A DNA stretch of 64,000 nt, taken from contig CM126212.1 in the NCBI GenBank assembly GCA_052327205.1, forward strand, positions 205,902,001-205,966,000, given 5' to 3'. The stretch comes from Somniosus microcephalus (Eukaryota). Of the stretch, positions 12,151 through 25,556 are shown in pieces (within the stretch, counting starts at the first letter, position 1; every line of letters starts with the position of its first letter). Made by a program: the position numbers and the translations under genes. The notes beneath the pieces were generated by a model that had not been told where the DNA came from, ran no database searches, and saw nothing but the letters and a program-made list of their open reading frames with translations.

Positions 12151-12929
12151 TGAAGAGCAGATTCAGTGACGACTGGGATCTACATTTTTAGTAAGCCTGT
12201 CCTTGAACTCTAGTATCTGCACTCATTTTTATTAGGTCTCTCTGCTGATTTTACTGAGTAAAAGTTTGAACAGGAAAACGGCATGGGTCCAAAAAATAAA
12301 CTCTTAGCCAAATAGTATGCTTGCCCAAATACTGTCTGTACATAAACTGCTGCCTCTCCTGTCCAAAACAAAAAGGGTGTCATGCACTCAAACTCTCAAT
12401 CTTTCAAAATCTTTACCGCTAAGCATTGCTCTTTATTCTTCCAGTGTAAAACAAAATTATATAATATGTCCATTGGGGGGGGGGGGGGGGGTAATGAAAT
12501 ATGTCATCCTCCTGAAATCTTTTTATCCTCTGTTACCCAGAAGTTTATTTCTCCTCCGTCTTACCCATAGCAATATTTTATGCACACTTGATATTCTTTC
12601 AGTCTATGTAGTATGCTACGTGTATACCGTACCCCTTCTTCCAGTTTGCAGCATGGCTTTACATGCACTAGGACTCCTTCCTCAGCTTGTCACACATTGA
12701 TGCGTTCTACATACTGTATAATTTAATCCTTGCCTCCCCAGCCTGTCACATGGCATTGCCTTATGGATGCTTGATTCCCTTTCAGTCTGTATTGCAGAAA
12801 TGCTTTATACACAGCGGAGTCTTTCCCTCCCCCTATTGGTCTGTGGCATTGTGATTCTTTATACACACTGTACAACTCTCCTTTGTGTCACACAACTTGA
12901 TCCGCCCCACTGCACTCCATATCCACCTC

Positions 12930-13310
12930 TTCCACCACTGGTAAACTGTGGCTGCAACATTTACTATCTATAGGATGCACTGCGGCAATTCGCCCAGCTT
13001 ACTTCAACAGCACGTCCTAGCCCTTCAACCTCTACCCAGTGAGAAAGATGAGCAGCAACGCCATGGGAACACCATCACTTCCCAAGCTCCCCTCCATGTC
13101 TCGCACCATCCTGACTTGGATACATACTGCTATTCCTTCATCGTTGCTAGTCCCAAAATCCTGGACTTCCCTACCTAACAATAATGTGGGAGCACCATCA
13201 CAAGAGCTGGAGCGGTTCAAGGAAAAGACCCACTACCCCTTCTTGGGGCAACCAGGGATGAACAATAAATGCGGTCTTGCTAACATCGCCTACATTCGGA
13301 GAGCAAAATA
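12930..13310 (+). mobile_element. 3' end of an RTE-X-like LINE
   Basis: Degenerate ORF end (TIYRMHC...LPSMSRTILTW...KSWTSLPN) followed by a GGGCAACCAGGGATGAACAATAAATGCGG tail. The same tail occurs on the SINE at 47920-48225. Confidence 0.65.
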
Positions 13311-14049
13311 AATCAAAAAATTCCTCTGATGCTTTATATGTACTAGACAACTTCCACCTGCCCTTGTTGCCTCCTTCCCCCATTCCACAGGACTTTGTAT
13401 GGTAAAGTGTTAACTATCACTAGAAAAACATTTCAAGATTGTTCTTGGTAAATAGGGAAGTATACCTTAGAACATGAATAAACAAGTTTTTATGTACCTA
13501 AAACTGTTACTTGTACATTAACCAGAGAAAATAATTCTAAAGGAATATATTTGTAGTCAAGTGCCAGTTACTAGGGTCTGTAAATTCGAATCAAGAAAAT
13601 GGAGAAGGCAACAGAAGAGTTGCTTTTCTTTCTCGAGCTCCGTGTTAGAAAGTAGCGCTTGGCTAGCCAATGAATGGAATTTTCCACACATGGTTTTATA
13701 CACTGCTTATATGCAGAGAAAGAATCATTCATAGTTTTAAAAAAAATATTCTTTAAGTGACATTGTGCTATAAGAGCTAAATTTTTATTTGTTTTTCAAA
13801 TACTTTTTATCTGTTCCCCCCCCCCCCCCCCCTTCCATTATTCTCCGTGCGTTGTATAAGTTTCTGGCAATTTGCCAAAGTGTCTCCATAATTCATGTAT
13901 CTGGTTAGAGTGCGAGGCTTTTCAGCCCTTGGGTAGGCCAGTGGAAGTATTATAGACCAGTCATATCCTTGCCTGACGTTGAGACAATTTCTTTGTTGAT
14001 TAGGAAAGTTAATGAAACCCATGGCTTCCTTGTTGACTCAATGAACAAG

Positions 14050-14415
14050 TGCACCTTGTGGTATAGCACTACACCATTCAGATTAGAAAGAATGTGAGCT
14101 GATTCCCTGACCTGCACTGAGCTTGTCTGTCTAAGCTGGATAGTGCTCAATTGGCATTAGTGTTTAGGGGCTAAATAGGGGAAAATTAACTGGTCCCCAC
14201 GCCAGATCACTACACCAGAAACCTCTGGTGGAAGTTTATGTTTGTGGATATCGGCTATGATGTGATGGCCCCAATAGTTACTAACTCTCTCAAATAATGG
14301 CTGTGGCATACAGTTCCACAGGTGGCCACAGCAAGCCTCTGGTACCTAGCCCCACCATGCGCTGCCATCTTAAGATGAGGCATAAGAGGTAAAAGTTTGT
14401 AGGAGGAAAAGAAAA
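14050..14415 (+). mobile_element. Old LF-SINE-like SINE, degenerate
   Basis: Collinear similarity with 14860-15165 (CAATTGGC..., GGGGAAAATT..., GTGGATATCGG...GATG) and an A-rich end. Family assigned from memory. Confidence 0.4.
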
Positions 14416-14859
14416 TGAACTGGACTTAAAAATTACGGTGTGTATATACTGATGCTGCTTTCAGCAAATTCTAGATTTCACTTCATAATGTAGATGGTGT
14501 AAGTACTGAGATTCTTTTTTAAGTACTGTACTGCACTACTATTTACAACAAAAGTATAGAACTCATTTGTAATGCAGATGTTTTTTTCTCAACAAAGCCA
14601 TTCACTAGGCTAACAGTTTTCACCAAATCATGAACAATAAACTAATCTTGTCTTTGGAAGTGCAACAGCTCAAATAATTTAAGTTTAAATTTCTCACGAA
14701 ACAATTTTTCAATATGACAGCCAATTTCCTCTAGCTCTGGGGAATTATTCAGATACCTTGTATACTTTATTACAGCTCCTACAAACATTCAAAAATATTT
14801 AAGTTCTGTTTGTAGAACTCCTGTTCTAATCTCTCCCAAAGGCTCATCTGATACCCAGT

Positions 14860-15165
14860 GTAGAGCTGAGCCATACAAACCTGGAAAGTCTTGCGTTCAA
14901 TCCCAAACGTGTGCTGACTCAGCTGATTGGCCTGCCTTAAATTCCTCTGGCTTAAAGGGGAGGGGGGTGGATGTGGAATTAGCTATTTCCAGTGACTTGC
15001 TGGAAGCTGTGTGTGTGAGGACAGCTTCAGTCTTGGTTGTGATAGCCACTTAGGTTGAATATCCTGCTGTCACTCATTAGAAGGTACCAAGGCGGCTGAT
15101 GGTCATGGGTGATGCACCCCAGTGAGATTGGGTGCCTTTAGGAGATTGAAGTAGGGAAAAACAAA
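14860..15165 (+). mobile_element. LF-SINE-like SINE
   Basis: GCTGAGCCATACAAACCTGGAAAG, B-box-like GTTCAATCCC, then GTGTGCTGACTCAGCTGAT...CCAGTGAC...GCTGGAAG...GTGAGGACAG, resembling the LF-SINE consensus as recalled. Confidence 0.5.
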
Positions 15166-17619
15166 GGTTTTTCATTGGCTGCCTAACAGGTATCATGAGA
15201 TGAGAGGATGTGGGGTTGCCACCAGTGCTCAGGTTCCCCGTTAAGGGATAAAGTCAGTGGCAAGTTACTGCAAGTCATGTTGCAGTTGATTTGCACCAAG
15301 GAATTGGGAATGGCTTAGTAACAATTTGTCTGCCGATTCCCCCCTCTCGGTTTGGGAGGGCAGGTGAAGTGGCTAAAAGTTAACTTGAAATGGTGCTGAG
15401 GGGCTGAAAATAATAAAGTAAGTATCTGTGAAATTATTGCATTCTTGTAGGTGCAACTGAAGGAATTCTCTGTACATGAAGTCTACAGTTGTTGATTAGG
15501 TTGTGTGTATAATTAAGTTGGCATGGCTTTGCTTTTTGCAAATCCTCCTCCTTCCCAAAGAGCATAAGCTATGAGCAAAATGTAAGGTGTCAGTCCCATA
15601 ACCTCTGGAGAACCGATTGTGCTTCATTGATGGAGGAAATGTAAACCGAATGTAAATTGCAGTCCCAGGAGCTTCCATTTATTAACATATATAAGCTGAA
15701 CCGTTCAGACCAGGAATGTCCCAGGTTCAGTCTGCTGCTTTGTGCTGATCTCCTAAGAGTGGAGACAGCAGACTGTAGATTCCTCTTCCCTGCACGTAAA
15801 AAAACCCACAATCTATTTTTAAAAAAATTGGCACCAGGAACAGGCACTGAGCCAGCCCAGTTTATCATATGAACTTGCGTCATGATGCTGCTTTGTGTCA
15901 TGATACAAGTACATTGACATTCTGAACTGGTTTGTTGCATTTACAAGGAGGACTTGAGGTGTCTGTACCCAACGGTGGCTTGGGAGACCAAGGAAAATCA
16001 TGGTCTTCACTGCAGTCAGAATGCCACAGCTTGGTAGCTCTTATATTTGGTCGTGCTGTTGACTATGCAGGTATCTAGGTCAGGACTCTACTACAAGTAG
16101 TATAATGTAAAAGCACCTGATTGGATGAAAACAGTCTCAGACTAAGTCTGCAGTTTTAAGTAAATACTAACCAGTGATTTCAGCAGTTGTAATGTAACCC
16201 GAGGGTTAGGTGGCTGTAAACAACTCCAGCTCGTGGTTTAATACCATCTGAATCTCTTGGGGGGTGAGTTGTAATAAATACCTTCCAGATATCCATTCTT
16301 GTCTATTTAAACTTTTCCATCTCTGATATTTTAACACTCACCGTTGTAGCAAATTCAGCATTTTTCCTCTTGATTGGATGAAAAAGTGTGCAATCGTAAC
16401 CATTTGCACGTATCGGAAAATGTATTCTAAGAAGCTCGTAACGTGACCAGAGACTGAGCCTTGTGAACTACAAAGAAATTTAATTTGAGTCCAAATTCTT
16501 ATCCATAGCCCTTGTAAACTTAACACCAACCTGAGCAGCCTAAAAATATACCAAGCAAAGAACATTGTCATATGCCTATATAACAGTAAATTTTGCAGTC
16601 AGATCTTTACTTTAATATGTAAACACTGACTGCTAGTCAGTCCCCTTTGAGCAGATGCAGCCTGTCTCTGTGTACTGTGTGGATCTTGTTTTCAGCAGAA
16701 AGAGTAATCAGAGCCAGCTTTCTTGGGAAAAAAAATCATCAGAATGACTTGCAACATTTTTCTTGAATTTGAGCATTCATTTTTGTTACATCTGCATACT
16801 TTACAGTTTCTTTGAACTCTGAATGGTGTTAACAGTCTTAGCCCTTCACCAGTTGGGTGAGCCTATATAATCAATTACCCCATCCTCTATGTTGTCATTC
16901 AACATAAAGTTCTTAACTTATGTCCCAGATGTTGTGTTCGAGCTCGGCCCATAATTTGAGTTAAAAATCAGGCTTAAGACTTAAAATGTAAACTGGAGGA
17001 ATCATGAACCTAAACCCTCAAACTACATTGTCTACATTAACAGTCACTGAGGCACAGACTATGCAACATCTCCTGCAATGCCCATCGTTAGAGGAACTCT
17101 GCACTGTTGCAGATCTTGCCGAATTCAACAACAAGGCACAAAAATGTGTCCAGTTCTGGCTGGGCTATGTATAGACTGTCCGTGGACACGATAAGAAGTG
17201 GTGCAAGAAGTTAGTCATTGTGTGATGTACTTTGAGAATTTTCAAGTGCTAGGCTCTATACAAATACAAGTATAATGATTACATTTATTTTAAGTTGGTG
17301 CTGTAGACCTAAAACACATTCTGACTGGAAATGATGGCATAATGTATTTAGAAAAAATAGCTCCTAGTTTCATGCAAGTGTTTTTGAAATTGAGTACTCT
17401 GATGGTTTGAAATGGTATAGTAGACTAAGAGATATGAAATGTACAGAGATTTGTATATTAAGTTTTCAAACACTGGTTATGCATATTATAGAATACATTT
17501 TCCATTCGGTTACTAACCTATCAAGATGGGCGTGGACATCTGATAACGTCCAGATTTCTAGAATCCCATAGAATGTTGTGGTTGGATTTCTTTTTTCACC
17601 AAAACAGCCCCACCTTCCC

Positions 17620-19160
17620 TCCCTTAAGTCCAAGGGTTGCAGACTAGAAAGCATATGCTGTGCAACCGGTTTAGCCGTTGATAGCCAGATCTGGCTGGAA
17701 CACATCAAGTACTATCGGGTCCTGATCTCCTCTGCAATGAGCTCATGGACATCTTCTTCACAACGAGTGAGACCATCCGACCAGCTACTTCTGACTCATT
17801 CCTCCCCTGCCATTGCCCACAAAGTCAAGGCTCTCCTGTGCCCTAACTCAGAATTCGTATCATTCTGTAATTTCTTTCCTAACTCCCCTCAAGCCTTCGC
17901 TGAGCTTAGCTTGTCCATGGGACCCATCTCCTACTCTCTTAACCCTATTCCCACTAAACTGCTGACTACCCCTTCCTGCCTCCATGCTAGCTGACATTGT
18001 AAACTGTTCCCTCTCCTCGGGTATTATCCTTGAACGTGCTGTCGCCTCCCAATCCGTGCCCATCTTTCCCGCAACTCCATGTTTGAACCTCTCCAATCAG
18101 ATTTCCATCCCTGCCACAGCAATGAAATAGCCCTAATCAAAGTGACATCCTCTGTGACTGTGGCCATGGAGCACCATCCTCCTCCAATGCCTTTCCTCTG
18201 TTGTCCAGCTGAGTGGGATTGCCCTTGCTTTGTTGCACTCTTACCTATCCAGTCGTAGCCAGAGAATCTCTTGCAATGGATTCTCTTCTTGTCCCCTCCT
18301 ATTTCTCATCTACATGCTGCCCATTGACGACATCACTCAAAAACATGACACCAGGCTCCACGTGTATGCTGATGACACCCAGCTCTACCTCACCACCACC
18401 TCTCTCGACGCCTACACTGCCCCAGAGTTGTCAGACATCAAATTCCGGATGAGCTGCAATTTACTCCAATTAAACATTGGGAAGACCAAAGCCATTGCCT
18501 TCATCTCCCGCCACAAGCTCCGTTCCCTCGGCACCTGTTTCATCCCTCTCCCTAGCCACAGGCTCGGGCTGAACCCGACTCTTTGCAGCCGTGGCGTCCT
18601 ATCTAATCCTGAGTTGAACTTACAACCCATATCCTCGCCATCACAAAGATGATCTACTTCCACCTCCCTAACATCGCTCGTATCCGCCCCTGCCTCAGCT
18701 TATCTGCTGCTGAAGCCCTCATCTATGCCTTTGTTGACACTAGACTCGACTATTCCAACACTCTCCTGGCCGGCCTCCCAGCTTCCACCCTCCATAAACT
18801 TGAGCTCCTCCAAAACGCTGCTGCCCACAGTCTAACCTGCACCAAGTTCCGCTAACCCATCACCTCTATGCTCGCTGACCTAGATTGGCTCCCAGTCTAC
18901 CAAAGCTTCAGTTTTAAAATTGTCATCTTCATGTTCGAATTGCTCCATGGCCTCGCCCCTCCCTATCTCTGTAACCTCCTACAACCCTTCAAGAGCTCTG
19001 CGTTCCTCCAACTCTGCTCTCTTGTGCATCCCCCACTTTCTTTGTCCCACCGTTGGTGGCCAAGCCTTCAGCCATTAAGTCCCTAAATGCTGGAATTCCT
19101 ACCCTAAAGCCCCTCGGTCTCTCCACCTCTCTCCTACTTTAAGACTCTCCCTCTCCATCT
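17620..19160 (+). mobile_element. L2-clade LINE 3' portion, decayed RT
   Basis: ORF pieces SYLSSRSQ, HVYADDTQLYL, LQLNIGKT, NIARIRPCL, RLDYSNTLL, LQNAAA and LDWLPV. Confidence 0.9.
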
Positions 19161-19804
19161 CCGCTGAATGCCTTTATTAGAGATTGTCTAGTACTGTACT
19201 TGAAATGCTAAATTCAGAGGAGGACATAGAAAATTGAGAGGAGAGAATTGAGGAAGAACGGGAGAATTAAAAACCAAAAGTTTTTGAAAATGCATTAAAA
19301 TGTTTTCAATTAATGAAGCGGGAAGCATTGGAAAACTGTAAGTGGTACTGGCTAATATTTCTGACTTTAGATGTGCCATACCACCCTTTAATTTTGATAT
19401 GTGGAAAATATCAACATGTTCCCAGAGTTTGGGTTACATCTGATTAAAATTTATGTTGCTGTAAAATTGCATCATTCTCAGAGATGACTATTCATACACG
19501 GTAATATGAGAACAGTAAGTGGTTTTATCAGTTGTTCTTAGTGTGTGTGTGCGTTCGTGCGAGTGGCTATGTATGTACCTTGTACATACATATGTAAGCG
19601 TGTGTGTGTATAAGGACAGGAAAAGCTTTTGAGAGATTTCCTTTCTCCGTTCCCATGAATGCCAAATTGGATGGCATAAAGCTGAAACAGATTTCACTTA
19701 TTCCTGACTAGACAAAATGATCACAGCACATTGTCGGCAGAGGCAGTATGCATTCCTGATCACTATTTACAGTTCTTTGCTTTAGAGCTTAACTGAAGTA
19801 GTCT

Positions 19805-19821
19805 ACATTCCTTGCATTCCA
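19805..19821 (+). promoter_or_regulatory. Tandem TEAD (MCAT) site ACATTCC-TT-GCATTCCA
   Basis: Two CATTCC cores 3 nt apart, with a third GCATTCC at 19750-19756. Motif match only. Confidence 0.45.
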
Positions 19822-22619
19822 GATCCATTTAGAATGTTGTGTGTAGTCATCATAAAGCATATATAGATCTTTAATGTTTAGTAAGGCCTTGATGGATTGC
19901 CAGTGTTTTTTTTTTGTAGGCTGCATCACTGTATTTTATCAGTTTGAACAGCTTAATAGGCTAAGTGTATAAATGGTATAAAAATGGATCAGTATCCTGC
20001 TGGTAAAACAGCCTTTCCAACCTGATCAAAATGTTTAGCAATGTGACAGTTCAGCTAAGAGCTAAAGGCATGATGTGTTGCCAAATTGTCCGGAGAATTT
20101 GGTGCTGCTTCAAGTTTTGGGAGCTGTGTGGCTCCAGATGATTTCCGATGCAATCTGAAGCATATCTGGGATTCTGAGTTGCATACCTCCCTTTGTTCGT
20201 TCGCATTAAGACTTTGTGCAGCTGCCTCAACACTCGAGTTTCCCGGTCCCTTCCCCTCAGCCGTTGGTGGTGAATCGGCTCTGTCTGTTGATCCTGCACA
20301 CTGTTGTGATTGTGACTTTCTGACCTGTCTATTGTGTCTGTCTCAATGGAGCTGGTGCTTGATGAGATCACTGGAGGGGAAGCAGAGGGAGTGGAGGAAA
20401 TTTGGTGTTTGTGCACATGAGCAGCCAATGATTTGTATTTCTGGCTGTATTTGGGATTAAAATTTGCCATAACTGTTCCACTTATTCTGTTTGACACAAA
20501 TTATACCAGCAAACCCAAGCAATGAGAGGAGTGTATTTGTATTTCTTTAAAAAAAAAAGATGCAGATGAACTTGCGATTGTACAAAAATGTGGGCGTTGC
20601 CCTCAGAGGGTGATTTGGGAGATTAAAAGTGCAACACTTTGCGAATAGTAATAAAAATGAATAGTTATGAAAGAAACGCAACAACATGTAAATACGTCTG
20701 TAGACTTTAAAGGGGAAGAAGTTGAAACAATGCATACACTGGAACAAAATTAGCAGTTCCATTCACAACAATCTGTTTCCTTTTATGGTACAGTATAGTA
20801 ACGCAACAAGATTTATTCATGACTTACGAGCGGGCGGTGACTTAATGCAATAAATTTTCTGGCATTGAAGTAGAGAAGAACAATAGAAGTTCACAACTGC
20901 CTTGGTTCACAAAACAGGATGATGTCCCCAGATTGTTTATGAAATGTATTTAACAAAGCAGGTTGTACGTGTATGATTTTTGCCTTCCCCAGTTCCTGAA
21001 ATATCATACAGGATGAATATTAAGTTTTTTTTTATTTGTACTAGTTTTATGTAAAGAACTAACTTTGCTTACTGACTCCCACCAATTCATTTTGGCAGCT
21101 GTAATTTCTCCCTCTTCCAAAAATCCACGGTGGCAGGAACCAATATAGCGTCATTGGAAATGTGCAGTGCCAGTAACTGTATACACGCAGTGCAACAAAG
21201 GTGGCATTCTATCCTTGTGCTTCCCCACTAGGTGACTGAGCAGTGGGCTCCCGCTTACTTCTGAAGACCGTGTTGCTAGAAAGTGTGACCAATGGGGAAT
21301 CTTGGTAAATATGGAGTGAAGCACAGTGCCCCCTCCCAGCCCACGACAAGTGGAAAGCATCACTTGGCAACATGGCTGAGTGGTGATGGTGCTTGTTATA
21401 TGTGCTAGTAAGCAAGTTGGTGTTTGAAACACAAACTTTGTATGTAGCAGCTTGGAGTGTGCTGGACTCGAGGTGCTCCTGGGCCTTTTCAGAGATTTCT
21501 ATTAGTTGTAACATGAGAACTGAGGTTTTATGTATGTCACAAAGCAAGAGAGCTTTTGTCTGTGTGCCATTTTGTATTCTACTGTTTTCTAGTTTATTTA
21601 GTCTACTAGCAGGTACTGTACTAATGGAATTGTGGGATGATTCAGTTGCCCTTTATGAAATTAGCTAATTGGAATGCAGTACGCTAAATGATGACTTAAC
21701 TGTGTTTATTTTCACACATCTGGTTTACCAAGATGATCATCTATTCTTGTTTCAGAAGGAAGCTGAACCTTGTTTTGTGCTAGTAGTATGACCTGTTTTT
21801 CACAACATCGCCTGAAAATGATGTCTTGCATCAGACTGTGTACAGAGGGTCACAGTCATGTTCAAATAGCTGTATTTAAGATAAAGAAAAACGGAAACAC
21901 CCCTGCAATTTAATGCCAGTAAAAATGGATGGTATGTAATTACTTCCAGAGCTCTTTCTTTCCTTGAAGCCTCCTAAGCTCCTGCAGAATACAGCTTTCA
22001 GTAAAGTTCTGGCTTTCATAACTCACTTTGGCCCATGCACTAAAAGCTGGTTTGTATAAACCATTGCAAACTTGTGGATGTGATCCAAAACCAGATAACC
22101 TGCAGAAAGTCCACACTGTAGGCTTGATTAGGTGAAGGAAAGTGAATCGAAGCATAGCCTTTCAAAACAAAACACGGCTTTTATATATTTTAAGTTACTA
22201 GTACAGAGTTCTGTTCTCATTTGTTTTTGTCTTGGGACCACTGTTCGACCCAATTTAAATTATTATGTACGTCACAATAGGTTTGATTGAAGACCCTTCA
22301 GCTCATTTGCTCTTATCCTTCCCGAAAGCCAACTCTACCATCTTCCCATTTCAGCACCTACCGGTTTCTTAAATGAGTCCCAGGTCCTGGCCACAGTCTC
22401 CTTCCTGGCAACCTGTTCCAGTTGTTCATTACCCTCTAGAGAAGTACTTCTTGATGTCTGTCCTAAACTCTATCCATAATCCTGAACCAGTCAGCTCTTG
22501 TCCTTGCTCTGGCAAAGCTCAAGCATAAGCACAATGGGTTAAATGGCCTCCTTCTGTGCTGTAAACCTCTGAGGTTCCGTGTTGTCTTAGTCCACCTGAC
22601 GGTGTTGGACTTGGTTATT

Positions 22620-23830
22620 TTTTAATACCAAGACTGCCTACTTTCTCCTCTGTAACATCACTTGTCTCTGCCCCTGCCTCAGCTCATCTGCTGCTGAAGC
22701 CCTCATCAATGCCTGGCTGGCCTCCCACCTCTGTAAACTTTTGAGCTCATTCAAAACTCTGCCTCCTGTATCCTAACTCGCACCAAGTTCCGTTCACAAT
22801 CACCCTTGTGCTCACTGACTTACATTGGCTCTCAATCCGGCAATGCCTCGATTTTTATATTTAAAAAAATTCTCATCCCTGTTTTCAAATCCCTCCATAG
22901 CCTCGCTCTTCCCCATCTCTATAACCTCCTCCAGCCCTACACCCCCCCGCCCCCCCGAGATCTCTGTGCTCCTCCAATTCTGGCCTCTTGCGCATCTCCG
23001 ATTTTAATCGCTCCACCATTGGTGGCCGTGCCTTCAGCTGCCAAGGCCTAAAGCTCTGGAATTCCCTCGCTACACCTCTCTCCTCCTTTTAAGACACTCC
23101 TTAAACCCTACGGGGGAAAAATTGGGTGAGTAGCACCACCTGTTAGCGCCTAAAGAGGCAGTCAGTGGCTGTAGCGCCACTGGCTGCGCCTCCCGCGATA
23201 TTCAGCAGGGGCGCTAATGGTGGCGTTAGCCATTTGCGCTGCGCCACCACCGATGACGTCATCGGTGTGCGCAGCGCCCCGTTCGCGATATTTGGTAGCG
23301 AACGCCGCAGTTGCGCCGTTTGCTACCCGCGCCCGGTTCACGGGGCCTTACTATGCCGGCAGTGGTGCAAGTTAAGGTGGAGGTGCGGGGCGGCTGCCTT
23401 TTTTGGCGGCTGCCTGCCAGCACCTCCGTCCCCGGCCTCCTAACACCCCCCCCCCCCCCCCCACCCACGGCATTGCCGGCTGTTTCCCGAGAGCCGGGCT
23501 CGTTTGCCGGCACTCGTGAGCGGGGATCGCGCTGTTGCAGGCCCCTCCCCCTTAACAGTGGGAGGAAGGCCTGCAGTACCGCAGTGTGCCGGCGGCACGT
23601 TGCGCTGTGATATTCAGTTTCAGCGCCCTAAGAGGGACGCGGAGCGCCTCGAGTCTCGCCCCATGTCCCTCTTGGGGCAATGAAACTGAATATCTGACGA
23701 TCGCTAAAGCCTCGAACGCTGCGCAAAATCCTGCGCTCAGGCGACTTTTGCGCCACTTTGGCGCCCCAACCCAATTTCTAGGCCTACGTCTTTGACCAAA
23801 TTTTTGGTCATCTGTCCTAATATCTACTTA
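22620..23830 (+). mobile_element. L2 LINE 3' fragment interrupted by a Harbinger-type MITE
   Basis: Similar to 18650-19150. The tail CCTTAAACCCTAC...TCTTTGACCAA resumes after the insertion. Confidence 0.8.
23112..23784. mobile_element. PIF/Harbinger-type MITE, GC-rich
   Basis: TAC target duplication (23109-23111 / 23785-23787). Imperfect TIRs GGGGGAAAAATTGGGT / ACCCAATTTCTAGGCC. Confidence 0.8.
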
Positions 23831-23945
23831 TTTCTTACATTACAACAGTGACTACACTTCAAAAAGTACTTCATTGGCTTTAAAGCGTTTTGGGACGTCC
23901 GGTGGTCATGAAAAGCGCGATATAAACGCAAGACTTTCTTTTTTT
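23830..23945 (+). mobile_element. HE1-type SINE tail
   Basis: ACATTACAACAGTGACTACACTTCAAAAAGTACTTCATTGGC...TATAAACGCAAG. Confidence 0.7.
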
Positions 23946-25373
23946 CAATCCTGTGAGGCATATTGGGTCGTTTTACTATGTTAAAGGTGCTATATAAATG
24001 CAAGTTATTATATTTTGTTAAGGGATACCTCTCTTCAATAATGAAGAGCTGTATCACATCGAGCCGTCTCTCAGTGATGATCCCTCGGAGGTGAGGGTTC
24101 AGCCCAGTTGTGTTTCTTTGTGTCGCCGCGAGAGCCCAGATGTGTCATTGTGTCATGGCAGCTGAAACGATGCACTATATTCTGTATGTCACCGAACTTA
24201 TGTGGATTTGAACCCCATAACTATTTCAGTTTGTTGTGAGGTGCTAACTAGATCTTTAGATCAAATCCATTTCCCACTTGGCAAGTTCTATACACCCAGA
24301 GAGTGTATGTGCCTAGTATTTTGACTTCCAGTTTGTATTACCTTGCGCAATGGCATATTGAACTTAATTTGTTACTGATCAACCCAGGTGCCTATGCTAT
24401 TAAGATCTTGGCTGCTTCTTCAGAGTCCAAGGTCCCTTCAAACTTGGCATTATCTGCAAATTTAACTGCCTTGCACTGAGACTGTGAATTCAGGTCCTTT
24501 ATGTACAGTAGGCACAGATATGTTGCAGCATGATTTTTTTTTTAAAAAGCAGCTGTAAAAGACTAAAAATCAGATTTACATTATCAGTTCATGCCAGGGT
24601 GAATCTAGCAAGGATTCAATGCTGCTGCAAAATTGGTGGTGTAAAGAAGAACAGATTGTACCCTCTCTGAGTGAAAAGTGCCACAGAAATAAACTTCTAT
24701 ATATGTGGTTGGTAGTGATGAATTAAATGGGCTCTTGAGAATAAATCAAACTTTCAGCCAAAATTGAAAGATTTGAACAGAAATTATTTACGCAAGTGTG
24801 TATCTGACACACATGGAATTTGAGCACTCTGCTCAATGGCTTGCTCACAATGTTCTAATGTCTGGCATACTAGAAACGTCTGAAGTAAAGGGCCGTAACT
24901 TCACAAATTACATCCTGAACTCAACTTTCACCAACGGCTGGGGAAAAACCCTCTTGCCCTTCCCTAAGTGTGGTGACTATGCTGTGGTTCTGTTCCAGGG
25001 TTTGCTGGCAGTTTTTTTTTTGTTCAGGTGAAGTACTTTTCTTCATGAGCCCTGACCGTGATGGTGGGCTATTTTACCAAGGAGGACAAAACTGACGAGC
25101 CTTAATCTTGTCATCTGAAGATCCAAACGTTTACATCGTTGACAACAGGTCACAAGAATAGTCGGGAGCAGGAACCCTGACTGACTGACTTTCCCATCCA
25201 TCGGCCACTGACTTTAAGGCCAAGTAAAACGCTGCACTGTTACACTGGCTGCAGTTGGCACAGACCATAACTAGAAGCTGGGATCTTGCTTGTCTTTATG
25301 GTGGAGTATCACATCATGCAAGGCATTTGCTCCCTGATCCATTGGGGAATTCCTGGAGGGAGCAGAGAGGTAA

Positions 25374-25556
25374 ACCTGAAATAAAAACAGAAAATGCTGG
25401 AAATACTCAGCAGGTGAGGCAGCCTCTGTGGAGAGAGAGAGACAGAGTTAATGTTTTGGGTCAGAATTCTCTCTCCACAGATGCTGCCTGACCTACTGAA
25501 TATTTCCAGCATTTCTGTTTTTTATTTCAGAATTCCAGCATCCGCAGTTTTTTTTT
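25374..25556. mobile_element. Penelope-derived palindromic short element, centre deleted
   Basis: CTGAAATAAAAACAGAAAATGCTGGAAATACTCAG...CTGAATATTTCCAGCATTTCTGTTTTTATTTCAG inverted arms. Confidence 0.7.

Noticed and set aside
20051-20497. 148-aa minus-strand ORF and overlapping 124-aa plus-strand ORF
   Set aside because: No recognisable domain or supporting splice structure; consistent with chance ORFs in an intron.
23165-23795. Overlapping GC-rich ORFs (likewise 39440-39879 and 50534-51135)
   Set aside because: A consequence of high GC content in repeat-like sequence; no transposase or other motif.
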